The notes beneath the pieces are model-generated. The model worked only from the letters and a program-made list of their open reading frames with translations, had not been told where the DNA came from and did no database searches. Positions 49,401-64,000 of a stretch of 64,000 nucleotides of DNA are shown here, piece by piece. The position numbers and the translations under genes are program-made. Source of the stretch: Lama guanicoe (Eukaryota); the NCBI GenBank assembly GCA_013239625.1, contig MU053448.1, positions 62,001 through 126,000 on the forward strand, read 5' to 3'. The stretch's first letter is position 1. Every line of letters begins with the position of its first letter.

Positions 49401-52400
49401 TTTAGGGTCAGCTAAATTTCTGCAGAAGCCACCTGGGGTTTTGGCAGGGATTGCACTGAATTAGTACATCAATTTAGAAAGTAGTGCCATTTGCTAGGCT
49501 GAAGTGTGTCCCCCCAAAAGATATGTTCAAGTGTTATCCCCTGATACCCCTGAATGTGACCTCATTATAGGGTCTTTGACAACGTAAGCAAGTTAAAATG
49601 GCGCCAATGAAGTGGAGACCCTAATCCAGTGCTGGGTGTCCTGTTCAAAATAGGAATTTGAATACAGAGGCACACACAGGGGAACACTATGCAATGAAGG
49701 AGGCAGAGACTGGAGCAATGCAGCTATGAGCCAAGGAACACCAAAGATTGCCAGCAACCGTGAGAAGCTAGGAAAAGTCAAGGAAGCATTCTTCCCTTGA
49801 GCCTTCAGAGGAACATGGACTGACCTTGACCTCAGACTTCTATCATTCAGAACTGCGGGAGAATAAGTTCTTTTTGTTTGAAGCCACACGGTTTGTAGTA
49901 TTTTGGTAAGGAAGCCCTAGGAAACTGATACACAGTCTTACCAGTATTAAATCTCTTAATTCATGAATATGGACTCTTCATTTATTTAGATCATCCTTAA
50001 TGTTTCTTACCAATTTTATTTTTCCACGTACAATTCTTGTACTTCTTTCACATTTATTTCTAAATATTTATTCAATTTGATGCTAATATGAATGGAATTG
50101 TCTTCTTAATTTCTTTTGTGGTTTGCTTATTGCTAGCATATAAAAATATAACTCATTTCTATATTGATTTTTGTACTGTAAACTCATTCTAGTAGTTTTC
50201 TTCTGGATTCCTTAGTATTTTCTACCCTTTGGATCATGTCATCTCTGACTAAAGACAGTCTAACTTCTTTCTTTCCAATGTGCAGTGTTTTTTGGTTTTT
50301 GTCTTACTGTACTGGTGAAAAGCTCCAATGCAGAACAGAAGCCAAGTGCACATCTTTGCCTTGTTCCCAGTCTTAGAAGGAAAGCTTTAGTTTCATCCAT
50401 TAATTACCATGTTAATTGTAGCTTTTTCACAGATGCCCTTTATCAGATGGAGAATGTTCCTTTTAATTTCTAGTCTGTTGAAAGTTTTAATCATAAATGA
50501 GCGTTGGCTTTTGTCGCATCTCTTTCTGTGTCTTTGAGATAATTCTTTGTTTTTTGCCTTGTATTCTATTCATTTATCTTAGTCAGCTCAGGCTGCCATA
50601 ACAAAATACCACAGGCTGGGTGGCTTGTAAACAGAAATTTATTTTCTCACACTTCTGGAGAGCAGGAGTCTTAAGATCAGTTTGGTTGCTGGTGCAGACT
50701 CTGCCTGGCTCGTAATGACTGCCTTCTCCCTGTGCCTTCATGTGGTGGAGAGAGCTCGCTAGTGTCTCTTCTTAGCCCATTGGACCAGTGCTCCACCCTC
50801 AGGACCTAATTACCTCCCAAAGGCCCCATCTCTAAATACCATCACATTAGGGGTTAGTTTCAATGTCTAAATTTGAGGGGGACACAGTCAGTCCATAACA
50901 TATGGTGTATTGTGTTAAATGATTTTTGGATGTTAATCTGATTTATTTGTGTGTGAAGTGAGGAGTACATTCCTACTACTTAAGGCCATTGTCAAGACTG
51001 TCCTGGCTTATACTTCTTGTGGACTCTCTCTCATCTCTGTTCGTGAGCGGCTTGGGTCTGCTCTAGTCTCTGCTGTGCACGTCACAGCCTCTAGTCAACC
51101 CAAGACATGTGGAGAGCTTCGCAGGCCCCCTTCGATTGTCTTGCATCCAGGAGCTCCCCAGTAAATCCCCAACTATTTGGCTGGCCCGCTGCTTGTCCAA
51201 CACGCAGGCCTGCGACCACTGGCTCCCCCACTCACTTGCCACGGCAGTCACCACTAAGACACAGGTTGCATAGCTGCCAGCTTTCACTTCCTGTCCAGCC
51301 CTGGTTGAGCTACTGCTCCAATAGGGCTGGTGGGAGGAGGGAGATAGCTCCAGGCTTATATGCCTCAGACTCACACTGCTCTTACCTGAGGTCATTTTCA
51401 TGGATAAACACTTCTCTGCAGTTATATGACTATGCTTGATCCAGAGCGCTGAAATGGTTGTCTTTGGCAGTTTTGTTCAGGTTTACAGTTACTTTGGAAG
51501 GAGATTTGAAGGCCACCTCCCTGCATCATGCCAAAAGCAAATCTCTAACCCCCTGTATTTAAATTTCTGTATAGATAGGGGTATATAGTTTCCATAGGAG
51601 TTACTCAGTAAATGACAGTTTACCATCCTCTGGACTCGAAATGATGTTTGGCAAAGTAGATTGAGTTATTTCTTATAATAAAAGAAATAACCAGAAACGT
51701 TGGCATGTCTGTAAAACCCCACTGGAACTAGGAATTCTGGTTCTTAGTAGCTTTGGATTTCAGGGGATGTGGAGGTGGAGAAGTTAATTCTAACTTTGAG
51801 ATTCAAGACCACCTCTGATACAATGTACAGCACACGGGGCTGCTTCTTTCAGCATATATGTACATGCGTTTCTTGACTTTCCAAAGAGTAGCAGGGATTG
51901 TGCAGGTCTTCATGAGACAGCCTCTGAAGGGACATGTGGCTGATGTGGAGATGGAATTCTGATTCTTCACCTTCATCTCCTTATTAAGAGATAACATGAA
52001 AGAGCAAGTTAGCCCATGTTTTAAAGGTTTAAGAAATACAGTTTATATCTTTTTGTTTTTAATTAAAATGTAATTGACCTACACCTGACTATTAGTTTCA
52101 GGTGCACAGTGATTTGATATTTCTAGTTACCATATGTCACCCATACGAAGTTATTACAGTATTATTGGCTGTACTCCTCCTAGTGTACACTTCTTCTCCG
52201 TGACTCATTTATTTTGTAATTGGAAGTTTGTACCTCTTAATCTCTCTTACCTATTTCACTCATTCCATGCTCCTCTCCCCTCTGGTGACCACCCATTTGT
52301 TCTCTGTATCTGTGACTCTGTTTCTGCTTTGTTATGTTTGGTTTGGTTTTGTTCATTTGTTTTGTCTTGTAGATTCCACATAAAAGTGAAATCATATGGT

Positions 52401-55400
52401 ATTTGTCTCTGTGTGACTTACTTCACTTAAGCATAATATCCTCTAGGTCCATCCGTGTTCTTGAAAAAGGCAAGATTTCATTCTTCTTTATGCCTGAGTA
52501 ATAATCCATTGGATATATATACTGCATCTTTCTTATCCATTAATCTATCAGTGGACACTTACATGGCTTCCATATCTTGACTATTGTAAATAATCCTGCA
52601 GTGAACATAGAGGAATTGTTTTGAATTAGTGTTTTGTTTTCTTAACATAAATACCCACAAGTAGAACATTTCTCCAAAGAACACATCCAGATGGCCGACA
52701 GGCACATGAAAAGATGGTCAGTATCCTAATTATTAGAGAAATACAAATCAAAACTACAATGAGGTGTCACCTCACACCAGTCAGAATGGAGAGGGTGTGG
52801 AGAAAAAGGAACCCTCCTACATTGTTGGTGGGATTGTAAATTGGTGCAGCCACTGTGGAGGTTCCTTAAAAAAACTAAAAATAGACTTAGCATATGATCC
52901 AGCAGTCCCACTCCTGAGCATATATCCGGAGAAAACTATAATTTAAAAAGATACATGCACCCCAGTGGTCATAGTAGCACTGTTTACAGTAGCCAAGACA
53001 CGGAAACAACCCAAATGTCCATCAACAGATGACTGAATAAAGTAGTTATATATGCACGTGTGCGCACACACACATGCGTATATACACACGTGCGCACACA
53101 TGATGGGATATTACTCAGCCATAAAGAAGACTGAAATAATACCATTTACAACAGCATGGATGGACCTAGAGATTATCATATTGAGTGATATAAGTCAGAG
53201 ACATACTATGTGATACCACTTATGTGGAATCTAAACAAAAAAATGATATAAGTTCTGTTTACAAACCAAAAACAGACTCACGGACGTAGAAAACAGACTG
53301 TGGTTACCAAAGGGAAAGGGCGGAGAGGGATAAATTAGGGGTTGGGGATTAACAGACACACATTACTGTATGTAAAATGGATAAACAAGAACCTATTGTA
53401 TAGCATGGGGAACTATATTCAATTTCTGGTAATAACATAATGGAAAAGGATCTGAAAAGAAAATATATATGTATGTGTATGTATAACTGAATCACTTTGC
53501 TGTACACCTGAAACTAACATTGTAAATCAACTACACTTCAATAACAATTTAAATAAATAAATAACTGCTTTATTATAGTGAAAAAAAAATACCCACAAGT
53601 AGAATTGCTGGATCATATGGTAGTTCTATTTTTTTAGTTTTGAGGAAGCTCTGTAGTTTTTTCATGGTGACTGCACCAATTTACATTCCCACCAACATTG
53701 AACAAGAGTTCTCTTTTTTCCACATTCTTTCCTACACTTCTTATTTGTTGTCTTTTTGATAATAGCCATTCTGACAGGTATGAGGTGATGTCTCATTGTG
53801 GTTTTAATTTGTATTTCGCTGGTGATTAGTGATGTTGAGCATGTTTTCATGTCTCTGGCCATGTGTATGTCTTCTTTGCAAAATGGCTATTCAGATCCTC
53901 TGCCCATTTTTTAATCTGGTTGTTTGTTTATTTGTTTGTTTTTTGATGTTGAGTTGTGTGAGCTCTTTGTATATTTTGGATATAAACCCCTCTTGAGTAT
54001 ATTATTTGCAAATATCTTCTCCCATTCAGTTGGTGGCCTTTTCATTTTGTTGATAGTTTCCTTTGTTGTGTAAAAGCTTTTTAGTTTGATGTCTCATTCA
54101 TTTATTTTTGCTTTTGTTTCCCTTGCCTGGGGAAACATACAAAATACATTGCTAAGATTGATGTCAGAGATCATACTGCCTTTTTTTTTTTTGGAGTTTT
54201 ATAGTTTCAAGTTCTACATTTAGTTTTTAATCCATTTTGAATTTATTTTTGTGCATGGTGTAAGAAGTCCAATTTGATTCTTTTGCATGTAGCTGTCCAG
54301 TTTTCCCAACATCATTTATTAAAGAGGCTGCCTTTTCCCCATTGTATATTCATGCTTCCTTTGTCATAGACTAATAGACCATGTAAATGTGGGTTTATTT
54401 CTGGGCTCTCTATTCTGTTCCATTGAGCTATGTGTCTGTTTTTGTGCCAGTACCATACTGTTTTGATTACTATAGCTTTGTAGTATCGTTTGAAACCAGG
54501 AAGTGTGATCCCTCTGGCTTTGTTCTTTCTTAATATTGTTTTGGCTATTCAGGGTTTTTTTGTATTTACATACAAATTTCAGAATTATTTGTTCTAGTTC
54601 TATGGAAAATGTCATTGGTATTTTGATAGGGATTGCATTGAATCTGTAGATTGCCTTGGGTAGTATGGTCGTTCTAACAATATTAATCCATAACCATGGT
54701 AGACTTTTTTTCTTTGTGTTGTCTTCAATTTTTTTCATGACTGTAATATAGTTTAACAACTATAGGTCTTTTAGATCTTAGATTCATTCCTAGGTATTTT
54801 TTTGATGCAATTATAAATGGTATTATTTTCTTAATTTCTCCTTCTGATAGTTCATCATTAGTGTATAGAAATGCAACAGATTTCTGACTATTAATTTTGT
54901 ATCCTGCAACTTTAGTAATTCATGAAATAGTTCTAATAGTGCTTGGTGGCATCTTTAGGATTTTCTGAATATATTATCATGTCATCTGCAAACAGTGACA
55001 GTTTTACTTTTTCCTTCCCATGTTGAATTCCTTTTATTTCTGATTCTTGTGTGATTGCTGTGGCTAGAACTGTGTTGCATAAAAGTGGCAAAAATGGGCA
55101 TCCTTTTCTTGTGCTTGGTCTTGGAGGAAATGCTTTCACTGTTGAATATGATGTTAGCTGTGAGCTTCTTGTATATGGCCTGTATTATGTTGAGTTATGT
55201 TCCCTCTATACCCATTTTTTTGAGGTTTCTTTTTTTAATCATAAATTGTTGTTAAATTTTGTCAAAAGCTTTTTCTGCATCTTCTGAGATGATAGTATGA
55301 TTTTTATTCTTCAATGTACTAATGCGATTTATCACATTAATTTGCATACATTGAATTATCCTTGTATCCCTGGGATAAACCCCACTTGATCATGGTATAT

Positions 55401-58400
55401 GATCTTTCTAATGTTTTGCTGGATTTGGTTTGCTAATATTTTTGTTGAGGATTTTTGCATCTATGTTCATCAGTGATATCAGGTCTGTAATTTTCTTTCT
55501 TTGTGGTGTGTTAGTTTGGTTTTGGTATCAGGGTGATACTGGCTTCATAGAAAGTTTGGCAGCATTCCTTACTCTTCAGTTTTTAGAATACTGTGAGAAG
55601 GATAGATGTTAACTCTTCTCTGAATGTTTGGTAGAATTCACTTGTGATGCTGTCTTGTCCTGGACTTTTTGTTCTTTGGGAATTTTTGATTACTGATTCA
55701 ATTTAATTACCGGTAATCAATCTATCTGTATTTTCTGTTTCTTCCTGATTTAGTCTTGAGAGATTGTACTTTCCTAGGAATTTATTCACTTCTTCTAGCT
55801 TGTCCATTTTATTGGCATATAGTTACTGTAGTAACCTTTCATGATCCTTTGTATTTCTTTGGTGTTGATTGTAACTTCTCCTTTTTTCATTTCTGCTTTT
55901 ATTGATTTGGGCCCTGTCTCTATTTTTCTTGATGAATCTGGCTAAAGGTTTGTCAGATTTATTTTTTCAAGGAACTATCTCTTAGTTTCATTTATTTTTT
56001 TCCTATTATTTTTTCATTTCTATTTATTTCTGCTGTGAGCTTTATGATTTCTTTCCTTTTACTAACTTTGGGTTTTATTTGATCTTTTTCTAGTTCCTTT
56101 AGTGATAAGGTTAGGTTGTTTATTTGAGATTTTTCTATTTTCCTGAGTTAGGTTTGTATCACCATAAACTTCCTTCTTAGAACAACTTTTGCTGTGTCCC
56201 ATAGATCTCAGATTGTTGTGTTTACATTTTCATTTGTCTCCATGTATTTTTTTATTTCCTTTTTGATTTCATCAGTGACCTGTTGGTTCTTTAGTGGCAT
56301 ATTGCTTAGCCTCCACGTGATTGTGTTTTTTGCATTTTTCTTGTAGTTGATTTCTAGTCTCAGCATTGTGGTCAGAAAAGATGCTTGATATAATTTCAGT
56401 CTTAAATTTGTTTAAGACTTTTTTTGTGGCCTAGCATGAGCTCTGTCCTGGAGAATGTTCAGTGTGTACCTGAAAAGAATGTGTATTCTGCTTTTTTGAA
56501 TGGAATGTCCTACATATATCTACCAAGTCCATCTGATCTAATGTGTTGTTTAAGACCAGTGTGTCTCCTGATTGATATTCTGCTGGATGATCTGTCCATT
56601 AAGTTAGTAGGGTGTTAATATCCCCTACAATTATTGTGTTATTGTCAGTTTCTCCCTTTATTATTATTTGCTTTTTTTTTTAGGTGCTCCTATGTTGGAT
56701 GCGTGTATATTTACAAGTGTTATATTTTCTTCTTGGATTGATCCCTTGATCATTACGTACTTTTTTGTTTCTCAATACAGTCATTGTTTTAAAGAATGTT
56801 TTGTCTGATAGAACTATTGCTACAACAGCTTTCTTTTTCTTATCATTTTACCAGAATACCTTTTTCCATTTCTTCACATGCAGTTTGTGTATGTCTTTAG
56901 AGCTGAAATGAGTCTCTTGTAGGTAGCTTAAATATGAGTCTTGTTTTTGTATCCATCTAGCCACTCTGTGTCTTTAGATTGGATCATTTAGTCCATTTAC
57001 ATTTAAAGTAATTATTAATAGATGAGCACTAATTGCCATTTTGTTCATTGCTTTGTGATTGTTTTCATATTTCTGTTTTGTTCCTTCTTTTTTCCCTCTC
57101 TTCCTTGTGATTTCTTTACTGTCTTTGTTCTGTTTGGATTCCTTTCTCTATTTGTATGTGTGTATCTATTATAGATTTTTGGTGTGTGGTTACCATGAGG
57201 TTTATATATAGCAATCTCTATATATATGTGATTATTTTAAGTTGCTGATCCTCTTAAGTTCAAACACATTTTCTACAACCCTGCACTTGTACTCCTCCCA
57301 GCATTTAATGTTTTTGACGTCTTATTTCCTATCTTTTGTTTTCTGTATCCCTTAATTACTTATTGTGGATATAGTTCATTTTACTACTTTTGTCTTTTAA
57401 CCTTCTTACTAGCTTTATATGTGGTTGATCTACTACTTTTACTGTGTATTTGCCTTTATCAGTGAAACTTTTCCTTTTATAATTTTCTTATTTCTGGTTG
57501 GGCCTTTTCTTTTCCACTTAGAGAAATCCCTTTAACAATTCCTGTAAAGCTGGTTTGGCAGTGCGGAACTTCTTAACCTTTTGCTTGTCTGTAAAACTTT
57601 TTAATCTCTCCTTCAAATCTGAATGATAGCCTTGCTGGATAGAATATTCTTGGTTGTATGTTTTATCCTTCCATCACTTTAAATATATCATACCACTCCT
57701 TTCTGGCCTGCAAAATTTGTGCAGAAAAGTCAGCTGACAGCCTTTGGGAGTTCCTTTGTAAGTGACTTGTTGCTTTTCCCTTGCTGTTTTTAAGATTCAC
57801 TCTTTAATTTTAATGTTTGCATTTTAATTACAGTGTATCTTGGTATGGATCTCGTTGGGTTGATCTTGTTTAGGACTCTCTGCTTTATGCTCCTGGATAT
57901 CTGTTTCCTTTCCCAGGTTAGGGAAGTTTTCAGCTGTTATGTCTTCAAATAAGTTCTCTGCCCCCTTTTCTCTCCTTCTTCTTCTGGGACCCCTATAATG
58001 TGAATGTTAGTATGCTTTATGTCTCAGAAGTCTGTTAAACTGTTCCATTTTTTAATTTCTTTTTTCTGTTCAGTTTGTGTGATTTCCACTACTCTGTCTT
58101 CCAGCTCACTGATCGGTTCCTTAGTATCATCTAATCTACTGTGAATTCCTTCTAGTGTATTTTTTATTTCAGTTATTGTATTCCTCACATCCGTTTGATT
58201 TCTCTTTATATTTTCTAACTCCAATAAACTTCTCACTGTGTTCATCCATTCTTCTCCTGAGTCCACTGAGCATTTTTATGGTTGTTACCTTAATCTCTTT
58301 ATCAGGTAGATTGCTTATCTCCACTTTGCTTCCTTCTTCTGGAGTTTTATCTTGTACCATCATTTGGAACGTGTTCCTCTGTCACCTCATTTTGCCTGTT

Positions 58401-61400
58401 TCTGTTTTTATTTCTATGCATTAGGCAGAGTGGTTACATTTTCCAATCTCGGGGAAGTGGCCTTGTGTAAGAGGTGTTCTAGGGAATCCAGCAGCATCCT
58501 CCCCGGTAGTCACCAGAGCTGTATGCTGCATGGGCCCTTCTGTTGTGGTGGACCAACTACTGTGGGCACACTAGTAGGTGGCCCTGGCTCCTGGCCGAGT
58601 CAGCTGCCAGGCTCATATAGGTCTGCCAGCTACTCGTAGGCAGGACTGGGTTCTGTGGGACCTGGGGGTCCTGAGACTGGTGCCAGCCTACTGATGTGCA
58701 GTGCTAGCTCCTGGCACAGCTGGCTGTAGGAGCTGAGGGCTCCTGGGGCTGGTGCTGGCTTGCTGGTGGGAAGGTCAGGTCCCAGGATGACTGGCTGTGG
58801 GGCCTGGGGTTCCTGGGACTGGTGCCTGCCTACTGGTGGGTGGGGCCAGGTCCTGGGCACAGTGGTAAGCAGGGCTGTGTCTCCACATGGCTGGCGGCTG
58901 GCCTTGGAGTCCAGGGATTGTTGCTGACCTGCTGGTTGGGGAGTAAGCCCCCTGCACTAATGGGCTAGGGGAGGACTCCAAAGTGGTGCTCGCCCACATC
59001 AAGGCTCCCCAAGATCGCTGCCGCCAGCATGTGGGTCCCCAGGAGGAGTCCCAGTTGCCTCCTGCCTCTCTGTGAGTCTCCTCAAGATCAACAGGGTGGG
59101 TCTCATCCAGGTTTCTTTCAAATTACTGCTTCTGCCCTGGGTCCTGGAGCACGTGTGATTTTGTGGCCACCCTTTAAGAGTGGAGTCGCTATTTCCCACA
59201 GCCCTGTGAATCACCTGAATATAAGCCCTACTGGCCTTCAAAGCCAAGCATTCTTGGGGGCTCGTCTTCCCAGTACAGGACCCCCAGGCTGAGGAGCCTC
59301 ATGTGGGGCTTGGATCCCTCGCTCCTTGGGGGCAACCTGTGCAGTTGAAATTAACCTTTGTTTATGGGGGTATGGGTCTTGACGATGCTACGTCTCCACC
59401 CCTCTTACCCATCTAGGTGTGGTTCCTTCTTTATATCTTGCGTTGTAGAAGACCTTTTCTACTGGTCTTCAGGGGATTCTCATTGACAGCTGCTCTGTAA
59501 GTGTAATTTTGGCATGCCCGTGGGAGGAGGTGAGCTCACCGCTTCCCGGTCCTCCATCCTGGTCACTCTCCTGTGTTACGTTCCAGAGCCCTAACTCTTA
59601 CAGCAGTCTTCTGTTTCTTTAGTACAATTAGTGACTTTGGTCAAAGCATGATATTAGCTGATTGATAGGTTATGTTTTTGACCATAATTTTTAGTTCAGT
59701 GTTTACCCAGAAGTCCTCTAGGCGTCAAGCTCCTTTATAGATGTTAGCAAAAAAAGTGAACAAGGCGCAGCAGCAGTAGGGGAATGGCATCACCCACGTC
59801 CTCTTCCCAGGACCGCGTGCTGCTCTTGTGCGTCCCCACGCAGCTACAGGGCAGTAGTGGTTCTGGCCCTTGGCAGAGGAGAGTGGTCTGCAAGGGTGCG
59901 GCGTGTGCCCTTCCTTTCTCTGTACGTAGTCCTCTCTCCTCTTCCTCTGGTAACGTTCGCCTGTTTCAGGTGCACTAAGTCCTCCCAAAATAAACAGTCT
60001 GACATTAGCGATTATTGCCAAATAATAGATTTATATATTAACAATCGTTTTCTTCAAGTATTTACATTTTAGACCACTTTTCTCTGTGGAATAAAAGTTA
60101 TTTTCTTTGTTAAAGGAATTTAAGGCATTCCCAAGCAGAGAAATTATCCACAAAAGGGCAACTCCTTACAGTCTTTTTAGTGATATATTGTCTTATCATT
60201 CTCGGGAAAGTTCACCAAGTGTCTCCTGCGTCCATCACTGGGTCGTAGGAATGTGAAATAAACAGGACATGATCATCACTGCCCAAGTAGTTATTGAATA
60301 TGTATTCAGTTATAATTATGATAAACACCATGTACTGTAGAACATACAGGAAGAGGTCATCTGAGACTTCACTTACTTCCCTGAATTTAATTCATCTCCT
60401 CTCTCCTTTCCATACTTGGTTTATGACTTTTAGCTCATTTTGCATTTGGAGTATTTTTATTTTTTAGCAGTTTTTTAAATGTGATTTTTAAAAATATAAT
60501 TTAAGTTTTAAAAAAACATAAATGTTGAAAAATAGTAAAAGGAACTCCTGTGTACCTTTTGCTGAGGTTCGGTGTCCTTTATCCAGGACATTCCTCAGCC
60601 TTTCTCTTCTCGACCTGACGCTGAAGAGAACAGGGCAATTGTTTGGTGGCTTGCCCTCAGTTTAGGCATGTCTGACGGTTCTGCCTACGAGTCAGGTAGT
60701 GCATTGTTACCTGCACACGTCTGAACTATAAAAATAAATTTAGAGGTTGGGATTTATTTAGGTATGATCTGTGTTTTCTCAGACCAGGAAAAAGATTTGA
60801 GGACGTAACTGTCATGGGGTTATCATCTTTTCCCTCAAACTAGTTTAGAAAGCTCTTAACAACCTCAGTGATTCATATTTTCATTTCTTGTTTTAAAGAC
60901 AGATGCACATTATTCCATCCTGTCACTCCTTCTGTGTCTGTCTGATTCGCCTTCAAACAGCAATTATGTGGAAACACCAAGAGAAAAAGAAGTGGGTACG
61001 TTACCAAATACCTTAATATATAGCAAATGAAAGAGAAGTTGGTTTTATGACTTAATTACTAGACGTTGAGATTTTTATAAAAAGTTGTAACGCTCTGTGA
61101 AACTAAAATATTTCTGTTGCACTGAATGCAATTGCAATTGTAAATTTTCGTTTAAAATAGAAATTCTGACTTTGTAAATTAAATGACTGCAGCTACATAA
61201 AGAGAAAAATCATTTTTAATGTAAAGAAATTAAAGTTCTAAATGCGTTAGAATGTCAATTTATTGAGTGTTTTCAGTATTTTTGAACTTTCATTTCCCAG
61301 GTGTATTTTATTTTTGAGTTTTGTTAGGCTTTTTTAACTGTAATTTAGAGTGTTTTTCACATATTTTTGATAAAGCTGATGAGATTCCTCTGTTATGTTT

Positions 61401-62017
61401 TAGAGAAGAAAGATGATTTTGACTGGGGAAAATACTTGATGGAAGGTGAAGAAGTTGACCTTGGTCCAAGTGTAGACACACCAGTAAGTGGCAGCAGTTT
61501 TGCTACTGAAAATATAATTACACACCAGGTGATACAGATGATTTCTATGGGTCCTTCTGCCCTACGGCACCTCACCTAAAAGAGGAACACTCTTCACTGT
61601 ATTAGAGTAGTTTATTATGGAAGTTTCATTAAAATTTTACATCAAAATTTTAGTACTAGGAAGTTGAACAGAATGAATAGAAGTATCACTTAAGGAGCTG
61701 TAAATCTTGGGATTTTGCCACCAAAAGTAATTGCATCATAAAATAGTCATTTTCCAGACATTTAGGGAAAAGTTTCGTGTGGTATAGTTTTTACTTTTCT
61801 TCTGAAGTTTTCCTGATCTTGTTAGCTAAATAGCTCCATTGTTATGCATAGTAAGGCGAAGGTGTATTTCCTTCTAATCAGAATTGGTCTGAAGACAGTG
61901 AAGACGAGGATGAACAGCAGCCCTTAAGCAGAGAGGACTCTGGGATTCAGGTGGACAGGACGCCCTTGGAAGAGCAAGACCAAAGCAGAAAGCCAGCGCC
62001 TCGCGTCAGCTGGAAAG
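43451..62017 (+). CDS. TUBGCP5: Gamma-tubulin complex component 5, coding exons 1-6 (gene continues beyond the right edge)
   Basis: Exons 43451-43596, 45924-45977, 46096-46204, 60899-60995, 61404-61483 and 61882-62017 have GT-AG junctions and stay in frame. They encode [93 protein letters not shown].../[21 protein letters not shown].../[17 protein letters not shown].../[28 protein letters not shown]... Confidence 0.96.
44787..44955 (-). mobile_element. Vic-1-like SINE (internally deleted)
   Basis: GCATGCACTCTACCACTGAGCTATGCCCTCCCC. TSD AATTTACTTCTTT at 44774 and 44956. Confidence 0.75.
45188..45634. mobile_element. hAT-Charlie non-autonomous DNA transposon
   Basis: Terminal inverted repeats CAGGGGTTCCTAA ... 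TTAGGAACCCC. Confidence 0.65.
46490..46951. mobile_element. MER21/MER77-like LTR
   Basis: CCAGGGAAACTCACCTGGGTCTTGGTGTCCAGGGTTTTT...GAGTTAACCCTTCATTGCATACA. Confidence 0.55.
47920..50950 (-). mobile_element. Old L1M (antisense) interrupted by MaLR LTRs at ~49492-49932 and ~50575-50900
   Basis: T-rich L1 ORF2/3' UTR. MLT1-like TGTGTCCCCCCAAAAGATATGTTCAAGT...CCCTAGGAAACTGATACA and TCTTAGTCAGCTCAGGCTGCCATAACAAAATACCACAGGCTGGG. Confidence 0.75.
52050..59572 (-). mobile_element. Near full-length decayed LINE-1 in TUBGCP5 intron 3
   Basis: GC-rich 5' UTR (~58400-59572), ORF1-like peptides ([30 protein letters not shown]), ORF2 [11 protein letters not shown] and a 3' UTR ending at ~52050. Confidence 0.9.
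52667..53586 (+). mobile_element. Younger 5'-truncated L1 inserted in the opposite orientation into the older L1
   Basis: Perfect 18-bp TSD AAATACCCACAAGTAGAA at 52649-52666 and 53587-53604, with an A tail. Confidence 0.9.
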
Positions 62018-62052
62018 GTATCCTGTGTTCTGGGATGCTGGCATCATTTTCT

Positions 62053-63336
<1,284 letters not shown>

Positions 63337-64000
63337 TGGCATCATTTTCTAATAGAAGAATTCTCTACAGGGAAAGGCAGCCTTTGAGAGTCAGTTCCAT
63401 GTGATTTAAGATGTGGTAAGCTCTCCCATCCTTATAAAACAAATCTTTTTAAACCATTAGTAGATCTTTCTTCTGTGGTGTCTAAGAAGTAGCTCTATAG
63501 AATTAATGTTGAAAGGGATTTACAGTGTGATTTTGGACTCTTTTTTTTTATTGTTCTGAGAACTTTGTTAGTCCTAAATTATTGTTTTTTTTTTATTGGA
63601 GAAGGATTGGTTTTGCTAAAGTTCGCTGAATAAAAGGAAAATATCTGTACAATTTAATTTTAAATTTGAATGTCTGGTTTTCCAGTTTTTAGTGAAGAAA
63701 AATAAATTATATCTAGAAACAGCTGGAAGTAACCTTCGAGATGAGATCATCTAACCCTACATCTCATTTTGTAGGTGAGAAGCAGAGGTGTGGTTACAGT
63801 GGTTTTCCCGCGGTCACAGCTGTGAAGCTAACCCCAGAAGCTGGGGTCTGTGACCTGGCCCTGTTCACTGTACGTGGACCTCTCCAAGTGGGCAGAAAAT
63901 AGTTAAAGCTGATTTAGCATGCTAGCAATTTTCTGGTTTCTCTTCCCTTTCTTTTTAATTCTTGAATGGGACCTTTAGGACAGAGTGTGGATTAATCAGC

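Overview
Mammalian nuclear DNA, most likely from a camelid, judging by the tRNA-derived Vic-1-like SINEs and the L1 3' ends. The window holds PTPN18 coding exons 1-5 (minus strand, continuing off the left edge), complete IMP4 (minus, 9 coding exons, 291 aa) and complete CCDC115/VMA22 (plus, 5 exons, 180 aa), which lie head-to-head. It also holds an intact tRNA-Glu(TTC) gene and TUBGCP5 exons 1-6 (plus, continuing off the right edge). TUBGCP5 intron 6 carries a cathepsin L/V processed pseudogene with a perfect 14-bp target-site duplication (TSD). The rest is dense with L1, L2, SINE, LTR/ERV and DNA-transposon relics. The most unusual element is a ~2.5-kb degenerate ~100-115-bp tandem array just upstream of TUBGCP5. 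It flips orientation midway around a perfect small hairpin, giving a large quasi-palindrome. It sits in the interval where the human 2q21.1 and 15q11.2 gene blocks are joined. Exon boundaries were read by hand from GT-AG sites and reading frame. Repeat family names come from recall and their boundaries are approximate.
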